64,000 bases of DNA. Origin: Yuukianura sp. NJ FZ-2021. Its lineage: Eukaryota. The notes under the pieces were generated by a model, which had not been told where the DNA came from, made no database searches, and saw nothing but the letters and a program-made list of their open reading frames with translations. The position numbers and the translations under genes were made by a program. Location of the stretch: positions 248,001 to 312,000 of the forward strand of contig JAJCTO010000009.1 of assembly GCA_046563655.1 (NCBI GenBank), given 5' to 3'. This document shows positions 30,001-38,421 of the stretch, one piece after another. Positions within the stretch are counted from its first letter, which is position 1; each line of letters begins with the position of its first letter.

Positions 30001-32223
30001 TCTCCGAAAAATCCATTTTTTTCATTTATAACTCACCAAAAAGTCATTCTGGGCTATCTGAGGAGTCAAAATTGCAAACCGAAATTATGCTTGTGAAAGC
30101 CCATCTGAAGTGTTCCAAGCTAAATTTTTCTCCGAAAAATCCATTCTTTTTCATTTATAACTCACCAAAAAGTCATTCTGGGCTATCTGAGGAGTCAAAA
30201 TTGCAAACCGAAATTATGCTTGTGAAAGCCCATCTGAAGTGTTCCAAGCTAAATTTTTCTCCGAAAAATCCATTCTTTTTCATTTATAACTCACCAAAAA
30301 GTCATTCTGGGCTATCTGAGGAGTCAAAATTGCAAACCGAAATTATGCTTGTGAAAGCCCATCTGAAGTGTTCCAGACTCAATTTTTCTCCAAAAAATCA
30401 TTTTTTTCATTAAATACTCTTCAAAAGGTCATTCTGGGCTATCTGAGGAGTCAAAATTGCAAACCGAAATTATGCTTGTGAAAGCCCATCTGAAGTGTTC
30501 CAAGCTCAATTTTTCTCCGAAAAATCCATTTTTTTCATTTAAAACTCACCAAAAAGTCATTCTGGGCTATCTGAGGAGTCAAAATTGCAAACCGAAATTA
30601 TGCTTGTGAAAGCCCATCTGAAGTGTTCCAAGCTAAATTTTTCTCCGAAAAATCCATTCTTTTTCATTTATAACTCACCAAAAAGTCATTCTGGGCTATC
30701 TGAGGAGTCAAAATTGCAAACCGAAATTATGCTTGTGAAAGCCCATCTGAAGTGTTCCAGACTCAATTTTTCACCAAAAAATCATTTTTTTCATTTAAAA
30801 CTCACCAAAAAGTCATTCTGGGCTATCTGAGGAGTCAAAATTGCAAACCGAAATTATGCCCATCTGAAGTGTTCCAAACTCAATTTTTCTCCGAAAAATC
30901 CATTTTTTTCATTTAAAACTCACCAAAAAGTCATTCTGGGCTATCTGAGGAGTCAAAATTGCAAACCGAAATTATGCTTGTGAAAGCCCATCTGAAGTGT
31001 TCCAAGCTAAATTTTTCTCCGAAAAATCCATTTTTTTCATTTATAACTCACCAAAAAGTCATTCTGGGCTATCTGAGGAGTCAAAATTGCAAACCGAAAT
31101 TATGCTTGTGAAAGCCCATCTGAAGTGTTCCAAGCTAAATTTTTCTCCGAAAAATCCATTCTTTTTCATTTATAACTCACCAAAAAGTCATTCTGGGCTA
31201 TCTGAGGAGTCAAAATTGCAAACCGAAATTATGCTTGTGAAAGCCCATCTGAAGTGTTCCAGACTCAATTTTTCTCCGAAAAATTCATTCTTTTTCATTT
31301 ATAACTCACCAAAAAGTCATTCTGGGCTATCTGAGGAGTCAAAATTGCAAACCGAAATTATGCTTGTGAAACCCCATCTGAAGTGTTCCAAGCTCAATTT
31401 TTCTCCGAAAACTCCATTTTTTTTTTCATTTAAAACTCACCAAAAAGTCATTCTGGGCTATCTGAGGAGTCAAAATTGCAAACCGAAATTATGCTTGTGA
31501 AAGCCCATCTGAAGTGTTCCAAGCTAAATTTTTCTCCGAAAAATCCATTCTTTTTCATTTATAACTCACCAAAAAGTCATTCTGGGCTATCTGAGGAGTC
31601 AAAATTGCAAACCGAAATTATGCTTGTGAAAGCCCATCTGAAGTGTTCCAAACTCAATTTTTCTCCGAAAAATCCATTTTTTTCATTTATAACTCACCAA
31701 AAAGTCATTCTGGGCTATCTGAGGAGTCAAAATTGCAAACCGAAATTATGCTTGTGAAAGCCCATCTGAAGTGTTCCAAGCTCAATTTTTCTCCGAAAAA
31801 TCCATTTTTTTCATTTAAAACTCACCAAAAAGTCATTCTGGGCTATCTGAGGAGTCAAAATTGCAAACCGAAATTATGCTTGTGAAAGCCCATCTGAAGT
31901 GTTCCAAGCTAAATTTTTCTCCGAAAAATCCATTTTTTTTCATTTATAACTCACCAAAAAGTCATTCTGGGCTATCTGAGGAGTCAAAATTGCAAACCGA
32001 AATTATGCTTGTGAAAGCCCATCTGAAGTGTTCCAAGCTAAATTTTTCTCCGAAAAATCCATTCTTTTTCATTTATAACTCACCAAAAAGTCATTCTGGG
32101 CTATCTGAGGAGTCAAAATTGCAAACCGAAATTATGCTTGTGAAAGCCCATCTGAAGTGTTCCAAGCTCAATTTTTCTCCGAAAAATCCATTTTTTTCAT
32201 TAAATACTCTTCAAAAGGTCATT
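1..32223 (+). repeat. 128-bp AT-rich tandem satellite array (~250 monomers; runs off the left edge and into the gap)
   Basis: The monomer AAAAAGTCATTCTGGGCTATCTGAGGAGTCAAAATTGCAAACCGAAATTATGCTTGTGAAAGCCCATCTGAAGTGTTCCAAGCTMAATTTTTCTCCGAAAAATCCATTTTTTTCATTTAWAACTCACC repeats head-to-tail with period 128 (129 in the T8 and TTCTTTTT variants). A few substitution and indel variants recur. Confidence 0.99.
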
Positions 32224-32323
32224 NNNNNNNNNNNNNNNNNNNNNNNNNNNNNNNNNNNNNNNNNNNNNNNNNNNNNNNNNNNNNNNNNNNNNNNNNNNNN
32301 NNNNNNNNNNNNNNNNNNNNNNN
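32224..32323. other. Scaffold gap (100 N)
   Basis: Run of exactly 100 N, typical of a fixed-size scaffolding gap. True distance and orientation across it are unknown. Confidence 0.99.
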
Positions 32324-35090
32324 AATTACTGCGCATTTAAATCTGGAATAGTTAAACTCTTGTGGTAAACTTGTATACGGCGTCAGTCCCTCGCATGCCT
32401 AACATTTTCAGCTTTTGGGATCAATGTCACTATGTATAAAGCTCATTTCCGGCTGCAAGTAAGTTTACCGCGTAACTGAGGCAAATACTTTCAAAAACGT
32501 TCGTAGTGTCAGAGCGGATCCTACACTTAAAAATATATGTTCTAATTGTCAAACCTAAAGTTTGTCTTGCCGTAGAAATATGAATATAAGTGAAGATTTT
32601 TTATGGTTGCCAGCAACGAAATTACTGCGCATTGCGTAAATTTGGTTTGAAAATTTAGAATAGTATTCAGTCAGGCACAATTTAACAAGTTCTTCATTTA
32701 AGTGTCGCATGCTACTAAGATTTTCTACTTTTTATCAACTGTCCACAAACGCCTTACTCAAGCAAAGTTTACGCGTAAATTGAGGCAAAATATCTTGCAA
32801 AACGTTCCCGTAAGATTGTGTTCGAGCGGGGAGCATCCTACCACCCTGAATAAGGTTGTTCGGAAGATTTTCAAACCTAGCTCTTGCCGCGAAAATACTG
32901 AAGTCGTTCTTAAGTGAAGAATGGCCAGAACAAAATTACTGCGCATTTAAATCATGGTAACTAATTTAAATAGTATTCTCAGTGCAGAACAATAGTGTCG
33001 CATGCCTATTTTCAGCTTTTTATCAATGTCCACCAAACGCCTTCCGGCTGCAGTAAGCTTACGCGTAATTGAGGCAAAATACTTGCATAACGCTCGTAGT
33101 TTGTGTTCGAGCGGGGAGCATCCTACACTTAATAAGGTTGTCCGGAGGATTTTCAAATCTAGCTTCGATTGCCGCGAAAATATAAGTCGTTCTTATGAAG
33201 AATGGCCAGCAACAAAATTACTGCGCATTTAAATCTGGTTTGAAAATTTAAATAGTATTCTCAGGCACAGAACAAGTAAGTGTCGCATGCCTAAGTTTTC
33301 AGCTTTTATCAATGTCCACCAAACGCCTTCCGGCTGCAGTAAGTTTACGCGTAATTGAAGCAAAAATACTTGCAAAACGTTCGTAGATTGTGTTCGAGCG
33401 GGAGCATCCTACACTTAATAAGGTTGTTCGGAGGATTTTCAAACCTAGCTCTTGCCGCGAAAATACTGAAGTCGTTCTTAAGTGAAGAATGGCCAGCAAC
33501 AAAATTACTGCGCATTTAAATCTGGTTTGAAAATTTAAATAGTATTCTCAGTACAGAACAAGTAAGTGTCGCATGCCTACATTTTCAGCTTTTATCAATG
33601 TCCACCAAACGCCTTCCAGCTGCAGTGAGTTTACGCGTAATTGATGCAAAATACTTGCAAAACGTTTGTAGATTGTGTTCGATGGGGAGCATCCTACACT
33701 TAATAAGGTTGTTCGGAGGATTTTCAAACCTAGCTCTTGCCGCGAAAATACTGAAGTCGTTCTTAAGTGAAGAATGGCCAGCAACAAAATTACTGCGCAT
33801 TGAAATCTGGTTTGAAAATTTAAATAGTATTCTCAGGCACAGAACAAGTCAGTGTCGCATGCCTAAATTTTCAGTTTTTATCAATGTCCACCAAACGCCT
33901 TCCGGCTGCAGTAAGTTTACGCGTAATTGAGGCAAAATACTTGCAAAACGTTCGTAGATTGTGTTCGAGCGGGGAGCATCCTACACTTAATAAGGTTGTT
34001 CGGAAGATTTTCAAATCTAGCTCTTGCCGCGAAAATACTGAAGTCGTTCTTAAGTTCAGAATGGCCAGCAACAAAATCACTGCGCATTTAAATCTGGTTT
34101 GAAAATTTAAATAGTATTCTCAGGCACATAACAAGTAAGTGTCGCATGCCTACATTTTCAGCTTTTATCAATGTCCACCAAACGCCTTCCAGCTGCAGTA
34201 AGTTTACGCGTAATTGAGGCAAAATACTTGCAAAACGTTCGTAGATTGTGTTCGAGCGGGGAGCATCCTACACTTAATAAGGTTGTTCTGAGGATTTTCA
34301 AACCTAGCTCTTGCCGCGAAAATACTGAAGTCGTTCTTAAGTGAAGAATGGCCAGCAACAAAATTACTGCGCATTTAAATCGGGTTTGAAAATTTAAATA
34401 GTATTCTCAGGCACAGAACAAGTCAGTGTCGCATGCCTAAGTTTTCAGCTTTTATCAATGTCCACCAAACGCCTTCCGGCTGCAGTAAGTTTACGCGTAA
34501 TTGAGGCAAAATACTTTGCAAAACGTTCGTAGATTGTTCGCTGAGCGGGGAGCATCCTACACTTAATGGCATTGTTCGGAGGATTTTCAAACCTAGCTCT
34601 TGCCGCGAAAATACTGAAGTCGTTCTTAAGTGAAGAATGGCCAGCAACAAAATTACTGCGCATTTAAATCTGGTTTGAAAATTTAAATAGTATTCTCAGG
34701 CACAGAACAAGTCAGTGTCGCATGCCTAAGTTTTCAGCTTTTATCAATGTCCACCAAACGCCTTCCAAATGCAGTAAGTTTACGCGTAATTGAGGCAAAA
34801 TACTTGCAAAACGTTCGTAGATTGTGTTCGAGCGGGGAGCATCCTACACTTAATAAGGTTGTTCTGAGGATTTTCAAACCTAGCTCTTGCCGCGAAAATA
34901 CTGAAGTCGTTCTTAAGTGAAGAATGGCCAGCAACAAAATTACTGCGCATTTAAATCTGGTTTGAAAATTTAAATAGTATTCTCAGTACAGAACAAGTAA
35001 GTGTCGCAAACTTCTATTTTCAGCTTTTATCAATGTCCAACAAACGCCTTCCTGCAGTAAGTTTATACGCGTAATTGAGGCAAATACTTT
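32324..35090 (-). repeat. 287-bp satellite, left arm (~9-10 monomers), reverse orientation relative to the right arm
   Basis: Reverse complement of the monomer at 41433-64000 (e.g. TTACTGCGCATTTAAATCTGGTTTGAAAATTTAAATAGTATTCTCAGGCAC), period ~286-289. The first ~3 monomers next to the gap are indel-rich. Confidence 0.97.
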
Positions 35091-35179
35091 TAAACCCTTT
35101 CGATGCGGTTTTTTAAGTTCTTCTTTCAAGCAGTCAAAATTTCTATTTCTATCTGTTAGCATAGCTTAGTCATCTTGCA

Positions 35180-36234
35180 GGAACCACGAAGGCTAGAGAG
35201 GGGTTTGTGGGGATACCTCCCCACATGGAATTGGGATAGGTCAAACGCCCAGTACAAAAAAGATCACCCCCCAATCACACCACTCCCCTCACCAATCCAC
35301 CAATGCCACCCCTTTCTCACCCCCCCTTTCTCGTAAGCTGCTCCCCTGTATTTCCCCCTTATAGTAACCGCCCCCCCGTGACTGGTCCCTCCTACACGCA
35401 AGTATGATATTAATAACTCATTGCCCCAGACCCCCAAGCCCCACCTGAATATCTAGGTCATGCCAATCCGATAACCCATCGCTTTCAAGGTCGCAGCCCA
35501 CATTGGCATTTGCAGAATCATTGACTTTACCCAAACAAAGCCACCCCCAAATCTCAAGGTCACGGGAATCCCTGCACCCCCATTCTCAAGGTCACGCCAC
35601 TTTGGGAGAAAAGCTTGCACCATTATGCTATCCCATCTCAAGGTCACTGCGCAAATTGGAGAGGCAGCTTTCATCAACGACTTTCACTTACCCCAAGAGC
35701 ACGGAAACAATTGCGGTGCAGTGTAAATTAAATTCTATTGCAAGGATTGGGCATAGTACAGCATACTATGTTATAGTAATACTACAATTACCCGTTATAG
35801 TACTTTACATGGTCGTAGCATATAAAAGTGCATGTAAATTCAAAATGTGGCACTTTTGTTGTGAGAATAGGTGGCAGGTGCATTTTCCTTGTTCCCCTTC
35901 GTCACCCTTCCTTTTGCACACACACTCCTTTCTCTGACCAACAGAAACACCCACATTGGTAGTTTTGATGGAAAACGGAGACAGGAAGACGGGAAAACTC
36001 AAATAGGTCAAAGGTCAAATATCCGAGTGCCACTACGCCCGGGGGGCGTGGCAAGCCTCAGTCTTTGGCCAGTCAATCTTTAGCATTTCAAAGGGGGCGT
36101 GGCCAAAGGAAATGGTGCAATTTGATTGGTCGACGACACTTTACCTTGTATGCAAGCCCATAACCCAATGCGGTCACTGCACTGAGGTCACACCTTAAGT
36201 TTTCGTGCTCTGCAATAAAGAATGGAGGCGATTA
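35180..36234 (+). repeat. Left terminal inverted repeat (1055 bp)
   Basis: Runs from GGAACCACGAAGGCTAGAGAGGGG to AATGGAGGCGATTA and is the reverse complement of 40322-41379. Mirror-image ORFs in the ORF track (35503..35937+ vs 40619..41053-) confirm this. Confidence 0.97.
35238..36190 (+). promoter_or_regulatory. Cluster of nuclear-receptor response elements in the left TIR (mirrored in the right TIR)
   Basis: AGGTCA occurs at 35238, 35455, 35557, 35589, 35641, 36005, 36012 and 36185. TCAAGGTCR occurs at 35485, 35554, 35586 and 35638. RORE-type TATCTAGGTCA is at 35450-35460, DR1 AGGTCAAAGGTCA at 36005-36017, and IR1-like CGGTCAcTGCACT at 36171-36183. The motifs are seen directly; function is inferred. 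Confidence 0.6.
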
Positions 36235-36381
36235 ACCTAACCACAGTTGATGACAGTTAGATTGATACTGACGGGTTTGCAGACGTTGTCTTGCGACCCC
36301 GTCTTTTTGGTATTTTTATTATCGATAGCGTCCTCACTGGGGCCTATATAAGGCCGTGAAGGCATGTGCGACCACTTTAGT
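36043..36381 (+). promoter_or_regulatory. Putative RNA polymerase II promoter of the penton gene
   Basis: Two GGGGCGTGGC (Sp/KLF) boxes at 36043 and 36094, ATTGG at 36125, CCAAT at 36165, TATATAAG at 36345-36352 and an initiator-like TTAGT at 36377-36381. The ATG lies ~100 bp further on at 36480. Confidence 0.6.
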
Positions 36382-36479
36382 GTTTCACTGCCCATCGTGG
36401 CATTTAGATCAGCTTATACTTGAAAATAAAAGTGTCAGTTGAAAGTGTTTCGTCATTAGTACCCCCATCGCCGTCAGCA

Positions 36480-37544
36480 ATGGCCGCCGGAGACATTTCA
36501 CGATACATTATAGTGGATAGTGCTTTTAACAGTACCAATTATCCTGCGAATAAACCAAACGACTTTCGTGCCGATTTGAATCGAACCATTGATGGCAAGA
36601 CGCAACCACTTGAAGTTGCCATTGTCGGAATGAACTATACTCCGGGGCCCAAGTTGCAGCGCAATATTTTTGGCCACAGTGAAGGCGACAATGTCATCAA
36701 CGTAACCGAGCACCTCGAAGCGACTGTCACAATTTCCAAAATCGATGGAATAATTAAGTTTTTTAGTCATGTCAACAAGGAATTGAAAAAATTTGACCGA
36801 AAAATTGTACTCACTTATACAAACAAAATTTTTTCCCTTACAAACGATGAAAAGGACCACTTGGTAACCATGACAACGGAGTATGCTCGAGCATTTGGAT
36901 TTGATGTTAATACGTTCCCAAGCGGGGTGACGCATGGTCATGAATATTCTGAGGCTCTTTTCAATGCAATTGACCCTACAACTAATATGACGCTTACCAT
37001 TTTCCAAGACAAGGTCAACTTGGCAAGCGTAGAAGAACCAAAGCAAAAGACGGTAAATGGGTTGATACAAGCCATGAACGCCGCCTTGTTTCAATTCAAA
37101 ATTACCTTCAAGTACTCTGAAGATGAGGCTATACTCACATATACACGAGAATCTACACAAAATTATATTACCATTCTCTCACAACTGTTGGATAAAATAT
37201 TTGGACTGCCTCTGGGAGTCACATTTAAAGGGTTTAGCCAAACCAACCCAGCCAAGGCCGAAATTGACCTTGGAGTGACGTCACAACAGCTCCTTGTTGT
37301 TTGCGACTTGGTCAACTATACCCAGTTTGGAGAAAAGTCCGTTCCGTTAGTCGGAATCTTCCGACAAAGCGATCAGGATGGCAAGCCAGTCGACGTGCAA
37401 GTGGTCGTACCGCGATATTTTGCGGTAAATAGCCAGAAGATCATTGATTCCATTCATATTCAACTTTTGGACGAAAGCCTGGCTCCAATTCGTGAAGCAC
37501 ATAGTGCAACCCAACTTGCCTTTCACGTCAGAAGAGCCATATAA
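36480..37544 (+). CDS. Polinton/Maverick-type minor capsid protein (penton, single jelly roll), 354 aa
   Basis: The N-terminus YIIVDSAFNSTNYPANKPNDFRADLNRTID..PLEVAIVGMNY matches the Maverick penton pattern (FYxxLPSNxSxxxYPxNxxxxFxxxLPxxIxLxxxWEVxLxEIxY). The C-terminus LLVVCDLVNYTQFGEKSVPLVGI..PRYFAV..IDSIHIQLLDE..LAFHVRR matches VYCDLVxxxxVGDxxxPLLRI..PxYxPV..IxIxIxDxxG..LHFRR. The first ATG is in good context (GCAATGG) and the frame is uninterrupted. Confidence 0.85.
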   Translation: MAAGDISRYIIVDSAFNSTNYPANKPNDFRADLNRTIDGKTQPLEVAIVGMNYTPGPKLQRNIFGHSEGDNVINVTEHLEATVTISKIDGIIKFFSHVNKELKKFDRKIVLTYTNKIFSLTNDEKDHLVTMTTEYARAFGFDVNTFPSGVTHGHEYSEALFNAIDPTTNMTLTIFQDKVNLASVEEPKQKTVNGLIQAMNAALFQFKITFKYSEDEAILTYTRESTQNYITILSQLLDKIFGLPLGVTFKGFSQTNPAKAEIDLGVTSQQLLVVCDLVNYTQFGEKSVPLVGIFRQSDQDGKPVDVQVVVPRYFAVNSQKIIDSIHIQLLDESLAPIREAHSATQLAFHVRRAI

Positions 37545-37670
37545 ATTGTCCAAATCAATTATTAACGTCCGCGGAAAACAAAATCCGCTTGAGCTAATGT
37601 ACTTTACGACGGCATTTAACATTTGGGTTGCCGTTGAATTCATGTCAATTTAAGACGTACGTTAACATCG

Positions 37671-37676
37671 AATAAA
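37671..37676 (+). terminator. Putative polyadenylation signal for the penton gene
   Basis: AATAAA ~125 bp after the penton stop codon, immediately followed by TCAGT upstream of the next ORF. Confidence 0.4.
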
Positions 37677-37712
37677 ATCAGTAGTGAGTTGGACGTCGGT
37701 GAGTGCGCAGCA

Positions 37713-38279
37713 ATGAGTTCCAGTGGAAACATGGTAGACGATTCTACAGCAGAAGGTTGCTTGTCAGTCGTCACAACGGCAATGGAACCGGATAAAGTAC
37801 TTCCAAACCCAAGGAACAATAGAAAACGGACGTTTTCAAAGGTAGGCGACGAAAAATTTCTGGGTGTGGAACACAGTGACTACAAACTTTCTCCCGAGCC
37901 TTCAAGGAAAAAAACCTCTCGATCATTTAAACCGCTTAAAACATCCACTATTGTTCCAGAAAAGCACTCTGATGCGTCGATTTCGGAATTATTTTCCAAA
38001 AGGCTGTCAATAACGCGTTCAAAATCAACACAAAAGTTGAAAAGAAAGCGCCACAATTTGCAATTGACTCAAAAATTACCAAAAAGTGCAACACGGACGC
38101 AACCGAAAATATCGGATTCGAGCAAAAAGTCTCTCACAAATTGTACTAAAATGAGCAAATGTCGCGACAATAGTGCACCTACGCTGAAATTTGGCAACAA
38201 TACTGGAAGAAATGAGACCTTTTTGGTGAAATATCTCGAAAATACACGTCAAAACGCATTAAAAAGAGGGCATTTGTGA
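37713..38279 (+). CDS. Hypothetical basic Ser/Thr/Lys/Arg-rich protein, 188 aa (candidate DNA-binding core protein)
   Basis: Open frame that fills the interval between penton and hexon on the same strand. It has basic clusters (NNRKRTF, SRKKTSRSFK, KLKRKRH) and looks largely disordered. No family recognised. Confidence 0.6.
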   Translation: MSSSGNMVDDSTAEGCLSVVTTAMEPDKVLPNPRNNRKRTFSKVGDEKFLGVEHSDYKLSPEPSRKKTSRSFKPLKTSTIVPEKHSDASISELFSKRLSITRSKSTQKLKRKRHNLQLTQKLPKSATRTQPKISDSSKKSLTNCTKMSKCRDNSAPTLKFGNNTGRNETFLVKYLENTRQNALKRGHL

Positions 38280-38421
38280 CCAAGTAGTCAGTCGTAATTT
38301 AAAGTTCAACGAAGCAACACGTACAGTTTTGTGTGCAATAACACAGCATTTTCACCTTTAGCCCAGTCAGTATTGATTTCGCACTTGTTCAAGCAACATC
38401 TACTTGATTTTTCTCCCAAAA

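Noticed and set aside
32200..32350. Direct junction between the 128-bp and 287-bp satellites
   Set aside because: The two arrays are separated by a scaffold gap, so adjacency and orientation are not supported by sequence.
375..32351. Many 64-167 aa ORFs in the 128-bp satellite
   Set aside because: They are translations of the tandem monomer, start at TTG/GTG, and open or close with 1-bp variants. There is no coding signal.
32324..33230. Highly degenerate 287-bp monomers read as an ancient satellite layer
   Set aside because: Indel-rich noise increases toward the contig end, which is most simply low-coverage read error.
35132..35141. AGTCAAAATT in the left spacer matching the 128-bp satellite
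   Set aside because: It is a 10-bp AT-rich match, compatible with chance.
35453..36083. ORFs within the TIRs (68-144 aa, mirrored at 40473-41103)
   Set aside because: They mostly have non-ATG starts, overlap on both strands and lack protein-like motifs. Their duplication is explained by the inverted repeat.
36498..37160. 220-aa minus-strand ORF
   Set aside because: It is an antisense shadow of the penton gene.
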